Assembly (NCBI GenBank): GCA_041917695.1 | Contig: JAYRXE010000037.1 | Span: 536,173-600,172, forward strand | Direction of reading: 5' to 3' | DNA from: Minisyncoccota bacterium | Lineage (GTDB): Bacteria; Patescibacteriota; Minisyncoccia; UBA6257; GWB1-50-10 | DNA: 64,000 bases | Part shown: piece by piece, positions 29,727 to 39,439 of the stretch | Layout: each line of letters begins with the position of its first letter | Position numbering within the stretch: position 1 is the first letter of the stretch | Translations under genes and position numbers: made by a program | Notes under the pieces: model-generated | What the model was told of the DNA's origin: nothing | Databases searched by the model: none | What the model saw: the letters and a program-made list of their open reading frames with translations, nothing else

Positions 29727-32228
29727 TTAGCGCTCTTGGAAGCCTTGGTCGGAACGTCCGACATTCACGCAGTCGCGGTTCTGTACGCACTGCTGTTCGG
29801 ACGATTCGGAGAAATCGCCGCTTTGGAGGCCCGGAATGGAAGAGTCGCAGAAGCTGTTACGCATGCACACCGGGCGGTTTTCGATGGTCCCTCCCGCATC
29901 ATCTTTCAAGGTCTTTGCCGCGCGGAGATTAGACCAGGTGGGGTCTTCCGAAAGAATGGAAACGCGGTACAGATACACCGAATCCGAATCGAGTTCCTCG
30001 TCCTTAAACGCGGGATTTTTCGTTATAACCGCCGTACGGAAATAGGCGCTGTAGTCGGGACCCGCCGCCGTCGCGGGGAACTCAACGCCGAACTGGCGGG
30101 AAACAAACGCGATGCCGGTACGGGTGAAGTCGGCAATATGTCCGCCCAAGGAAGCGGCGGCATCAAACGACCGTTCAAAAAGTTCCTGAACCGCCCCTAA
30201 AAACGAAGCCGTGAGCGTGGTAAGCGAGCGCCCCGCGTTTAGATTTTCCTCCTCGCCTCCGGACCACCCGTGGGTATACGGGAACGGATCCGATTCAACG
30301 CACACAATATCGGGCTTCCCCGTCGAGCCCTTCATCGCCGTCGAATAAACGTCGCGGAGACTCAAGGCCGCGCACACTTTCACTTTGTACTGGTACTGGC
30401 GGCCGTTCCCAACATCGCCATCTTCAAATACATACTGTTGCGGTGAAGCCGGCGGCTCTTCGGCGGTCCATCCGAGCACTTGGCCGCGAACGAGCGCATA
30501 GTTCGCTCCGCCGTCTTCCGAACGCCACAATTCTTGCGTATACGGCACCCACACGGTCGGGTTTTCCCACGAAACTTGCACTTTCTTCGAGCCGGTTGCT
30601 TCAAAGCGGAGCGTATAGTTCCGCGAGGGCGTCACTTTCATGCGTTGAAGCTCGAACTCGTACGGCGTCGTTGCGCGGGAAGTGTCTTTCCAGTTCACGA
30701 TAATCGAACGCGACGAATTCGCGTAAGCGTTCATGCCGGTTACCGTACCAATCGGCGCGGGTGATTCGCCGGTTCGGCAGGATACGATCGGCGTGCGCAC
30801 CGAATATCCGTCGTTTGTGAAAACCGTCTCGAGTTCGTAATAATACGTGGTCTTTTCGTCGAGATCCGTATGTGCAAAGGAAGCGAGCGGACCATTCGAA
30901 GAAGCGATGACGGTTTGCGGCGGAGTCGCCTTCGCCCCGCGGACCGTCACGCGGTGCGCCGGATAATTCGTACTCGTGTAATTTTTCGTGATGATAAGCC
31001 GCATGGAGGTCTGGCCTTCGGGCAGACACACCAAATCATAGGGCCGGACGATGGTAATCGAATCCGTCACAATGCCGTTTTCAGTTTCTTCAGTTGAAGA
31101 AGCGCGGAGCGTCGTATTCGCCGGCTGCGGAATGCGGTCCGGGGCGGTATAGCGCGTGAATTGCGAAGGGCCCGAGAGCGACGGATTCATGCGTCCATAG
31201 GTGTCGTTCCCGCCGAGCGCGCCGGCGATGAACCAAGCGGTGGCAAGATTCGCGGAAAAATCCCGCGTATCGCGGATGGCGATTTTATGGGGTCCGGGCG
31301 GTTCGATGCCGTACGGTCCCGTCGAAGTGGGCGTAATGATGTTCAAAGACGACGAAGCAAAGACGAGCCACCCGCCGATAGTGTCCCCCGCCCACGCAAG
31401 GCCGGTGAGGACTTTATGATTCACCCCGCCGTTTCCCGCACAGCTTTCCCCCAGGGAGACGGGCGATTTACCTATCGTTACCGTCCCGCCCGTCGAGTCG
31501 CCGAAACAAAGGCCGAAATTGTTGCCGCCCGCCACACCGCGCAAGGAAACCCAGCCGCCCCACGAACCCGGCGCTTCGCCGTTTATAAACCGCGCCCATC
31601 CGTAGAGCTTCCCGTCTGCGCCGATTCGCGCCGCGCATTCCCCGTTCGGACATCCTTCCAAGTCTTCATCATTAAATGAAAGCCACCCGTACCCTGTTCC
31701 CGATTCATGAGCCGCCCACATGACGCCGTGCATAAGGCCGTCCGTATCGGCATAGACGCCGTACGGCACCGAGGAATGATTGCCCTTTCCCTGCTCCTGG
31801 CTCGCATTGTTCACGCTAATCCACCCGATACCCTTCCCCGCCATGGCACCCCATCCCACGCCGCGGACGATGCTTCCTTCGCGGATATTCAAATTGAGCG
31901 GTGCACGGGAAGTACCCGCGCCGGTAAGCGCCCCGCCTTGCTTCCGCTGAATTTCGTAGATGTACGAATTGCCGGTCGGCACATTCTGGTCCCGCCAGCT
32001 CGCGCCCGTTCCGACATTGATGTTTGTGGTGCCCCCTCCGGGAGTGCGGCGGATAAGCGTGTATGACTCCCCTCCTTGTGCAGCCGGCCATCCGTCTACG
32101 AAAACACTTGCAAAATTTTCAGTAATTGAAGAGACGCGGACACGGACGGAGAGCGTTTCCTGCGCGGAAACCGCGGATGCGGAAAGGAAAAGCAGGGCAG
32201 ATGCAAAAACGAGGAAAAATTTCTTCAT
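29727..32228 (-). CDS. large secreted protein (833 aa), Gly/Thr-rich beta-rich repeats, unknown function
   Basis: Signal peptide MKKFFLVFASALLFLSASAVSAQ at internal start (rc ATG 32226-32228); no catalytic motif. Confidence 0.55.
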   Translation of the reverse strand: MKKFFLVFASALLFLSASAVSAQETLSVRVRVSSITENFASVFVDGWPAAQGGESYTLIRRTPGGGTTNINVGTGASWRDQNVPTGNSYIYEIQRKQGGALTGAGTSRAPLNLNIREGSIVRGVGWGAMAGKGIGWISVNNASQEQGKGNHSSVPYGVYADTDGLMHGVMWAAHESGTGYGWLSFNDEDLEGCPNGECAARIGADGKLYGWARFINGEAPGSWGGWVSLRGVAGGNNFGLCFGDSTGGTVTIGKSPVSLGESCAGNGGVNHKVLTGLAWAGDTIGGWLVFASSSLNIITPTSTGPYGIEPPGPHKIAIRDTRDFSANLATAWFIAGALGGNDTYGRMNPSLSGPSQFTRYTAPDRIPQPANTTLRASSTEETENGIVTDSITIVRPYDLVCLPEGQTSMRLIITKNYTSTNYPAHRVTVRGAKATPPQTVIASSNGPLASFAHTDLDEKTTYYYELETVFTNDGYSVRTPIVSCRTGESPAPIGTVTGMNAYANSSRSIIVNWKDTSRATTPYEFELQRMKVTPSRNYTLRFEATGSKKVQVSWENPTVWVPYTQELWRSEDGGANYALVRGQVLGWTAEEPPASPQQYVFEDGDVGNGRQYQYKVKVCAALSLRDVYSTAMKGSTGKPDIVCVESDPFPYTHGWSGGEEENLNAGRSLTTLTASFLGAVQELFERSFDAAASLGGHIADFTRTGIAFVSRQFGVEFPATAAGPDYSAYFRTAVITKNPAFKDEELDSDSVYLYRVSILSEDPTWSNLRAAKTLKDDAGGTIENRPVCMRNSFCDSSIPGLQSGDFSESSEQQCVQNRDCVNVGRSDQGFQER

Positions 32229-32296
32229 TAGAATCATTATATCAGACCCCGTATTCCAACTCATTCGGGAAATATGTGGAAAAGTTAGCCTCAAAA

Positions 32297-32326
32297 CAAA
32301 AACCCGCCGGGCGGCGGGTTTTTGTT
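32297..32326 (-). terminator. intrinsic terminator
   Basis: aaacccgccgg-gcggcgggttt directly after the stop of the 522-aa gene. Confidence 0.6.
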
Positions 32327-33895
32327 TTATCGATATTGGAAACACCGGGCGGTACACCGGAGACCGCGAGCGCCACCACCCTTCATATTCATTTCCCAAT
32401 TAGTGCCGTTCACACGCACATTGCATTTACCAAATTGAATGGTGTCATCCGATTCGAAGCCAGTCAAAGCGCAAAAGTAATTTGCCGTTGGCAAAATCGT
32501 ATTAGTCAATTCCTGCCGATTAACCGACACCCACGTGAATTCCTGGAACTGCTGGGTGGGATTCGGCTCCTCGCAGACGAGCCAGCCCTGCGCATCAACT
32601 TTCAAGAACTTGCGGACGCCGATGCCGTTCACGTTGAAACACGTCGTAGCGAGTACGTTATCCAAGTTCACCTTGAGACCTCCCGTATGATTCGGATCGG
32701 TAATGGAAAGCGTTTTCCCGAATTCTTGCTTCAAAGAAACGGTGTCGGAGCCGTTCGGATGCGTAAGCTCGATTCTGCCGGGGCGGAAAGTTCCGCCGTA
32801 AGTACCGCCCACCTTGAGCACGCTCTCACTCCCGGAGGAACCAACGATCTGTACCGGACCGCTTTGGGCCGCGAGGCGATCCTTGATGAGCATCATGCCG
32901 TCCTGGCCGACGCTCAATTGGGTGGCGTTCGCATTGTTTACGAAAGAAAGCGTCCCGCCGATGTTTTTAAGGGTATACGGCGTCACGTTCGTCGGAGCTA
33001 ACTTCACATCGTTTTGTGCGGTCACGGCGCCTTGCGCAGTGAACGTTGCCTGGGCAGTAAGCGGACGTGCCGCCGTGACGTTCCCTGTCGCCGCATCTAT
33101 TGAAAGAGCGGTCGTCCCTCCCGCCTGGGCGTTTGCAGAGTTGATAAGACCGTTATTCGTTTGGTTGCCCCCTCCGCCGTTTGTCACCTGGAAATTCACG
33201 GCGTTTGCCGTCACTTGCGTATTGAAATTCACGCCGTTTGTCGCACCGACGCTCACGACCGTCGTCGTTGTATAGACGCCGCCGCGGCCGAGTGCCCAAA
33301 AATTCGCGGAGATGTTATTGATAGTCCCGCCTCCGCCGCCAACCTTCACCCAGCATCGTCCCGCCTGGGCGTTTGCCGAGGGAATGAACGCCTCCTGCTG
33401 GCCCTGTGCGCAGTTTGTTCCGCCCGTAAAAAGCCATAAATCACCATTATCGTAGGTTATGGTGCCGGCAGGCACTCCCGTTCCTAAAACAGTTGTCGAA
33501 TAGCTGGGGAGCACTACCCCCTTAGTCTGAATAAGAAACGGATTTGTGCTGTTTGTCAGCACGGTATATCCACTCGCTGATAAGTAAAATGAATTATTGC
33601 CCGGTTGCGAGCGCACGGAAGCGCCATCTTGTAATATTAGTCCACTTCCACTGTTCTTATTCGCCTCAAGGTAATCAACTTTAATGCCGGCACTTTTTGC
33701 TTGAAATGTCTGCCCTATATCAATAGGAGCGGTAGTGTTTCCACCTGGAAATTGCTGGGTGGGCGGCGTCCACGTCGAAGGACCGCGCTGACCAAATACC
33801 TGCGTCGCGGAAAAAAGAAGCACTCCCGCGAAAAGACCGGCTAAAAGGAATCTCGAAAGTTTCATAGGCTTTTTATCTTGCTTTAAGTATAGCAA
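32327..33895 (-). CDS. secreted Gly/Thr/Asn-rich protein (522 aa) with Cys-containing C-terminal domain
   Basis: Signal peptide MKLSRFLLAGLFAGVLLFSATQVFGQ; low-complexity repeats; C-terminal ...FCALTGFESDDTIQFGKCNVRVNGTNWEM... Confidence 0.55.
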   Translation of the reverse strand: MLYLKQDKKPMKLSRFLLAGLFAGVLLFSATQVFGQRGPSTWTPPTQQFPGGNTTAPIDIGQTFQAKSAGIKVDYLEANKNSGSGLILQDGASVRSQPGNNSFYLSASGYTVLTNSTNPFLIQTKGVVLPSYSTTVLGTGVPAGTITYDNGDLWLFTGGTNCAQGQQEAFIPSANAQAGRCWVKVGGGGGTINNISANFWALGRGGVYTTTTVVSVGATNGVNFNTQVTANAVNFQVTNGGGGNQTNNGLINSANAQAGGTTALSIDAATGNVTAARPLTAQATFTAQGAVTAQNDVKLAPTNVTPYTLKNIGGTLSFVNNANATQLSVGQDGMMLIKDRLAAQSGPVQIVGSSGSESVLKVGGTYGGTFRPGRIELTHPNGSDTVSLKQEFGKTLSITDPNHTGGLKVNLDNVLATTCFNVNGIGVRKFLKVDAQGWLVCEEPNPTQQFQEFTWVSVNRQELTNTILPTANYFCALTGFESDDTIQFGKCNVRVNGTNWEMNMKGGGARGLRCTARCFQYR

Positions 33896-33956
33896 ATCTT
33901 TTCTTGTAAAAATGGGGATAAGAAAAACCCCTCCTTCGAGGGGTTCTTGAGATAAT

Positions 33957-34859
33957 TTACTTCACAACCGTCATTTTCCTTGCTTCAACAAAATCTTTTG
34001 CTTCTAACCGGTAAAAGTAGGTTCCACTTGCCAAGTGTGAAGCATCAACGTCGGCTTCATAGCTTCCTTTTCCCATCTCTCCGTCAACGAGCGTCTGCAC
34101 TTCGCGCCCGGCGATGTCATATACCTTTAAGGATACATGGCTTCGTTCGGGAATCGTGAAGGCAATCTTCGTCTTTGGATTGAACGGATTCGGATAGTTT
34201 TGACTGAGAGAGAACTCTTTAGCCGTCTGGTTTTGATTCTGAATGCCGGTAAGGCCTCCTTCAAAATCATCTACTACTGCTTGTGGTTGCCAAAATTGGG
34301 CAAAGGTCCAATAATCCCATTTTATTTTGCAACGTATCGAATCATTGGCGGGGGTGCCATTGAAATACAAATCAAACTTTATGCGAATAGCGCTAACCAT
34401 AGCAGGAGGGTTTTGGCCACCGATTGGAATCAGTTCTACTCCCCATGTGTTGGTTATTTCGCCCACTCCAAGTTGGATTGGACCCACCTCACAAAAATTC
34501 ACTCCATCACCTGAAATATAAAATGTGGTTTTCACATATACGTTCCCAACATAGGGATCAAGTTGAACCAATTTTTCGTAGACAACGCATTGCAGGTAAC
34601 TACTTCTTGATATTGAAGTCTGAAGATCTTTAGTTACTTCAAAACTTCCCTGCTGGAATGCGCGCCCTTCAAAGCAAACGGATCTCTGGCCATAATAATG
34701 ATCAGATTCGGATGTCATTTTAATGAATCCGATGTTTCCGGTTGTTGAAGTTACATACATTCCGTTTATGCCTTCCCCTTCTACTTGCGGGTCGGCAAAC
34801 GTTTGGAACACTCCTATAAATAAGAGAGCTCCAAAAAGAAGAAAACTTAAGAATTTCAT
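33957..34859 (-). CDS. secreted protein with T9SS (Por) type-A C-terminal sorting domain
   Basis: C-terminus SQNYPNPFNPKTKIAFTIPERSHVSLKVYDIAGREVQTLVDGEMGKGSYEADVDASHLASGTYFYRLEAKDFVEARKMTVVK is a near-consensus Por_Secre_tail; signal peptide; AT-rich. Confidence 0.65.
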   Translation of the reverse strand: MKFLSFLLFGALLFIGVFQTFADPQVEGEGINGMYVTSTTGNIGFIKMTSESDHYYGQRSVCFEGRAFQQGSFEVTKDLQTSISRSSYLQCVVYEKLVQLDPYVGNVYVKTTFYISGDGVNFCEVGPIQLGVGEITNTWGVELIPIGGQNPPAMVSAIRIKFDLYFNGTPANDSIRCKIKWDYWTFAQFWQPQAVVDDFEGGLTGIQNQNQTAKEFSLSQNYPNPFNPKTKIAFTIPERSHVSLKVYDIAGREVQTLVDGEMGKGSYEADVDASHLASGTYFYRLEAKDFVEARKMTVVK

Positions 34860-35021
34860 TCGAAACTCTCCTTTCTGTATTTATTTTTTTATTAATTATT
34901 TCTATCTTTATTATACCACATCCGTATGTTTTTTGCAATACATCCGTGGCAACTTGTCAAGGGTCTCTACAGCAAAGACGCTTCTCCCCTCCTCAAAGTT
35001 TCCCTTGCTTTTGAAATCCAC

Positions 35022-35537
35022 TTAAAACCCGCGTTTTTCTCGTTTTTTCAGTATTTCCTGGGTTTTCTCCATTACCCGCTCGTACTCCTTAACAGTCGAA
35101 AGACCAGCTTGCTTCCTTCTTTTTTCTAATTCCTTCTTATTCTCCACGGGAGCTAACTCAATTTTCCCCTTCTTGTTTCTTCGAAATTGCGTGCCATAGA
35201 TTTGCTTTTTCCCCTTATGGACGCATATCCGGTCGGTAAGAAACGCCTCGTCAATTTGGTTGAATCCGCAGTGAAAGAGGCAATTTTCCTGGAGCTCGGT
35301 GTCCGTTTGATGCTGTATGAGCAGCCAGAATTGATGGAGCGCTTTCGCCCCTACCATCTTCTTTGTCGGATAGCCGTGTTTTTCAATGATGTGCCGGACC
35401 TTGAATGTATGGATGTTATCTACGGCATATATGAGCCAGTTAAGCGGTCCCTTGCCGGGAGTGGCGAGATTGCGGGTCCGTTGATCCGCTTCATACATTT
35501 CCGCTATCTCGTGCTGGATTTCTTTTTTCATTTTCAT
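35022..35537 (-). CDS. hypothetical protein
   Basis: Start at MKMKKEI (rc ATG 35535-35537) overlapping the upstream gene stop (ATGA); no recognised domain. Confidence 0.45.
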   Translation of the reverse strand: MKMKKEIQHEIAEMYEADQRTRNLATPGKGPLNWLIYAVDNIHTFKVRHIIEKHGYPTKKMVGAKALHQFWLLIQHQTDTELQENCLFHCGFNQIDEAFLTDRICVHKGKKQIYGTQFRRNKKGKIELAPVENKKELEKRRKQAGLSTVKEYERVMEKTQEILKKREKRGF

Positions 35538-36109
35538 AAAACTTTTTTGACGCCGGCAAGATAGACGGCATCCATATCGTGTTCCGCTTCCGGAATCTCG
35601 ATTGCCCGCCATCCCTTTCGCCTCCCGAGCTTTTCCGCCCGTCCTTTAAGCACGGGGTGTTCCTTACTGCCGTAGAGCAACGTCACTTTTTTTGCGAGCA
35701 AGGGCGCATAGTCAAGTTTTTTCATTTCTCGCAACTGAATTGCGGAAAAATCGGAAAGTTCTTTCTTTTTATACCAATTCAAATCTTCGCCTAAAACGGG
35801 GGGCAAGGAACAAAGTAGTACATGCGTGAAGCGAACCCTCCTTGCAGCCAGATACGCTTCAAGTGCGCCTATGGAAAATCCCATAATCGTATCACGAGGC
35901 ATTGCGCTTGAGGATACTTGATTGATGATTCCATGGATAATTTCGGATAAGGGTGCGGGCCCTCCGAGGGAATATTTTCTATTTCTTGTGAAAAGCCGGA
36001 GGGGTATATAAGTATATTTTTTTGAAATGATTGCAATAAGGTTCCGATAATTTTCATCGGTAATCCGATGGCCCCATCCAGGCAAGATATAGATGTTTGG
36101 CTTCATCAC
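35534..36109 (-). CDS. alpha/beta-hydrolase fold protein (GxSxG)
   Basis: GFSIGA nucleophile elbow; ~190 aa. Confidence 0.5.
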   Translation of the reverse strand: MMKPNIYILPGWGHRITDENYRNLIAIISKKYTYIPLRLFTRNRKYSLGGPAPLSEIIHGIINQVSSSAMPRDTIMGFSIGALEAYLAARRVRFTHVLLCSLPPVLGEDLNWYKKKELSDFSAIQLREMKKLDYAPLLAKKVTLLYGSKEHPVLKGRAEKLGRRKGWRAIEIPEAEHDMDAVYLAGVKKVL

Positions 36110-36184
36110 TAGCTAGTATTCATTATGCCCCTTTTCGAGGTTCCGGCTCAAAAAATCTAACGCCACCCTTACTACCTCAACAAG

Positions 36185-37456
36185 CTAAATTAATACTTCC
36201 CGTGCAAAAGAATTCTTTTTGACCGGACCCACCACCGCAAGATTCATATTTTTATTCGTAAAAAGAGCCTTTGCTACTGCATGAATTTCAGCGCGGGTGA
36301 CTTTTTTATATCGCTGAATTATCTCTTCAATCGGCTCAATTTTCCCCTCCATAATTTCCTGTTCTCCCGAAAAAAGAGCCCAGTCTTCCGAAGTTTCGTT
36401 TGCTATACTCTGCCTTGCAATACTATATTCCTTCGTTCTCACTAATTCCTCTGAAGAAACGCCATTCTGTACGATGTCTCGCAGTTCATTGCGGATGACT
36501 TTCAAAACTGCAGAAAATCTTTGATTTTCTATTCCTCCCGCAATCGCAAAACATCCATGATCGGACCCTAAAATAGTTGTCGCCCCTATGCTATACGCAG
36601 CCCCCATCTCCCCATAGATTTTCTGCCATAATCGGGAACTCTCGGTACCCCCCAAGATGCTTTCCAAAACACGCACGGCGGAGTGCCTCTTGTCCGAAAC
36701 GGGAAACGCTCGAAATCCAAGCACGAAATTAGTCTGATTCGATTTTTTTCGCAAAATGTTTTCCACGAATCCTTGCTGATTTTCATCAACTCTTTTTTTG
36801 GGAATGACTTCTTTCCCCTCTTTGCCGGCAAATGCCTTAACAATCTCCTTTTGAATCATCGTTTGCGAAACATTCCCAGCGATTGAAATAACGATTTGGC
36901 TAGGCAGGTAATACCGCGCATGGTACGCACGAAGGTCCGCGGCGGAAATTTTTTTGATGCTTGTCGGAGTGCCTAATATTCTTCTCCCCGCCGCTTCCTG
37001 CGGGTAAAGCGTACTGTTGAACCTATCCCAGACGACGGACTGAGGATCGTCTTCATTCATGTTAATTTCCTCAATTACCACGCCTTTTTCTTTCGCAACA
37101 TCTGCGGCGTTCAGCGATGGATTGCAAATCACATCAAAGAGAACTTTTGATGCCGACTGGAAATCCTGGTTCGCCGCTTTCACGTAATAATAGGTACACT
37201 CATTTGAAGTGAAAGCCTCTGAAGAAGTACCTAGCGACTCAAAAGCCTGAGAAATAGCTCGATGATTTGGGTACTTTTTCGTTCCTCGAAAACACATATG
37301 CTCGAGAAAATGAGAGATTCCATTTTCTTGCTCGTTTTCATATTCGCTCCCGACCCGAACGAAAACAGCCGTGGTTACGGTAGCGCTTTCCGGCAAATGC
37401 GTATGGAGGAGGGTGAGGCCGTTTTTTAGTTTTGCTTTAGTCGTTTTAGGCATCAC
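36185..37456 (-). CDS. M16 family zinc peptidase (pitrilysin-like)
   Basis: Inverted zinc motif HFLEHM and downstream Glu; 423 aa. Confidence 0.75.
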   Translation of the reverse strand: MMPKTTKAKLKNGLTLLHTHLPESATVTTAVFVRVGSEYENEQENGISHFLEHMCFRGTKKYPNHRAISQAFESLGTSSEAFTSNECTYYYVKAANQDFQSASKVLFDVICNPSLNAADVAKEKGVVIEEINMNEDDPQSVVWDRFNSTLYPQEAAGRRILGTPTSIKKISAADLRAYHARYYLPSQIVISIAGNVSQTMIQKEIVKAFAGKEGKEVIPKKRVDENQQGFVENILRKKSNQTNFVLGFRAFPVSDKRHSAVRVLESILGGTESSRLWQKIYGEMGAAYSIGATTILGSDHGCFAIAGGIENQRFSAVLKVIRNELRDIVQNGVSSEELVRTKEYSIARQSIANETSEDWALFSGEQEIMEGKIEPIEEIIQRYKKVTRAEIHAVAKALFTNKNMNLAVVGPVKKNSFAREVLI

Positions 37457-37798
37457 GCTTATCCTACTGCGAAAAATTTAGAGGTACAACACTCTTCAAT
37501 AAAAAGAGTCGCAGTTATAGCGACTCTTTGTGCATCCATACTATCTTATCTGGGTTTTGGATGCGGCTTTGGTGTCGGTTTGGGCCTTGGCCTTCCCGGC
37601 GGATGATATCTGCCCCTTGGCATACTCTATGGCTCCTTTCTGCTTATTTATATTTATTAGCTCTCTACTGAGAGAAGATACTCAAGCAGGTACCTTTTTA
37701 ATTTCAAACCTAAACTCTCATTAAACTATAGCTCAAAGAATTAAAATGGCAATACCCTGGCGTACATTTGTCAAGATTCCTTATAGTTAAAGGCCACG

Positions 37799-37824
37799 AA
37801 AAACCCGCCGAATGGCGGGTTTTC
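37799..37824 (-). terminator. intrinsic terminator
   Basis: aaaacccgcc-gaat-ggcgggtttt. Confidence 0.6.
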
Positions 37825-37838
37825 TTGGGGTAAAGGAC

Positions 37839-39260
37839 TTATCGGCAATACCCGGCAATGTCCGTCCCTAAACAAATCGTGCACCCGAGCGCCGTCCAAC
37901 CATTGGTAACACCTGAAGGAACTTCATCAGGAACACCCACCCCTCCTGAAATGCTTCGCGGATCGCAGGTGGGAACCGAGTAGGCTACATGGCTACACGA
38001 GTTATTGGCATCAAATATAGCGCCCGATGTGCAGGTATAGGTTGGCTCAAAATCACTGCCAACGCCGCCTTCAGCTACCCCAAAAACTTCAGTGGTTTGT
38101 ATCTGACCGTTACCAGCGTCATATGATGCCCAACCCCCTTCGTTCATTCTATCGCAGTTATAATCAAAATCTTTTTCCGCGATGGGATTTATGAAATAGC
38201 TTGTCTGCCCGGGAAAGGCATTCGCATTATCGTCATGGCAATCAAGTCCCCCGTTCGGCAGCTCGCCAATATTCGGGTTCCACGGCCGCGAAGGCGAATC
38301 CTTCACGCGTACCTCAGGGGTGCACTGGTCGAGACATTCGTAGTGCATCGTACCAAGGTCGTCCGTAAACGTATCACTGTCGACGTCGTTGTACCACAAG
38401 AGCGCTTCCTTTATCTTTGCCGTCGAGCCGGTTTGGAGCGTTATCGCCCCGCTACTGATACGCAATGAGGCGTTATGGTCGGCATCGCCATTCCAAACAA
38501 GTGTTGAATTACCCGTAAGGTTGACGGTATTGTCTCCGAGCAACAAATCGCCGCCGTCAAAGCCCTCAACGCCCGTCGTCGGAGAACACGAACCCTGCAA
38601 ATTGCCATTCGCGTCGAAGACGCATTCAGGATCGGACCACGCGAGGGTGAGTGTGGCGGTATCGCCGTTAATGTCTTCCGCGACGAATTTCGTGTGATAG
38701 GTCTTCGTATGCGTGTCGTTCACGACCCATGCTCCTTCATATGAATACTCCATGAGCGCCTGCGCCTCGGCTTTCGAGACAAGCTGGTTCAAGACGCTTT
38801 CGGCGTAACCGTTTCCTTTATTGATGATAAGCGTGCCTTCATCGCTCACGAGATACGGCTGTGAACGGAAGTAATCCGCGGAAAGCGCTTTCGATTCTTT
38901 CATCGTAAGCGGAATCTCCTGCGTCTTTGAATCGGTGTCGATGACCGCCTTCACGCTTTTAAGCGCTACGGGACTCGCGATGCGCACCTGCATGAGCTGG
39001 GTATCGCCAACGCGCACCTTCAAGGGGCTCACGACGCCGCCCGTGAACTTCGGGTATTCCCCGGAGCTCGCGGTGAAGCGGTATTCGCCGTCGGTCGGCA
39101 ACTGCCACTCCTGCCCCCGGGCGTTTACGTAATACTCGCCGAGCTTGTTCGACGCATTGGGAACGAGGCCGTTCCAGAAATAATATCCGGCGACCAGAAG
39201 AAACGCGATGCCGACGACAACTGCGATCGTCGACTTCTCTTTTTGGGTAAAGTTTTTCAT
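37839..39260 (-). CDS. membrane-anchored extracellular Cys-rich protein (473 aa)
   Basis: N-terminal TM anchor; about 20 Cys in the C-terminal half; no known motif. Confidence 0.5.
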   Translation of the reverse strand: MKNFTQKEKSTIAVVVGIAFLLVAGYYFWNGLVPNASNKLGEYYVNARGQEWQLPTDGEYRFTASSGEYPKFTGGVVSPLKVRVGDTQLMQVRIASPVALKSVKAVIDTDSKTQEIPLTMKESKALSADYFRSQPYLVSDEGTLIINKGNGYAESVLNQLVSKAEAQALMEYSYEGAWVVNDTHTKTYHTKFVAEDINGDTATLTLAWSDPECVFDANGNLQGSCSPTTGVEGFDGGDLLLGDNTVNLTGNSTLVWNGDADHNASLRISSGAITLQTGSTAKIKEALLWYNDVDSDTFTDDLGTMHYECLDQCTPEVRVKDSPSRPWNPNIGELPNGGLDCHDDNANAFPGQTSYFINPIAEKDFDYNCDRMNEGGWASYDAGNGQIQTTEVFGVAEGGVGSDFEPTYTCTSGAIFDANNSCSHVAYSVPTCDPRSISGGVGVPDEVPSGVTNGWTALGCTICLGTDIAGYCR

Positions 39261-39439
39261 ATAGCTGTAAACCCTGCGCCGGCGACATCCGGCTTTTACT
39301 TGGTTTTATTATACCAAACCCCCTTGACAAGCCTGCCGGAAATACTTGAAAAAATAATACATATGTGTTATAATAAACTTAGTAATAAATTAAAAATATA
39401 AAAAGGCTGAAACGCCTCATTACGAAAGGAGTTTTCTCA

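Noticed and set aside
32327-32700. Diversity-generating retroelement variable region at the 3' end of the 522-aa secreted protein gene
   Set aside because: No reverse transcriptase ORF (no YxDD motif) or template-repeat copy was detected anywhere in the window.
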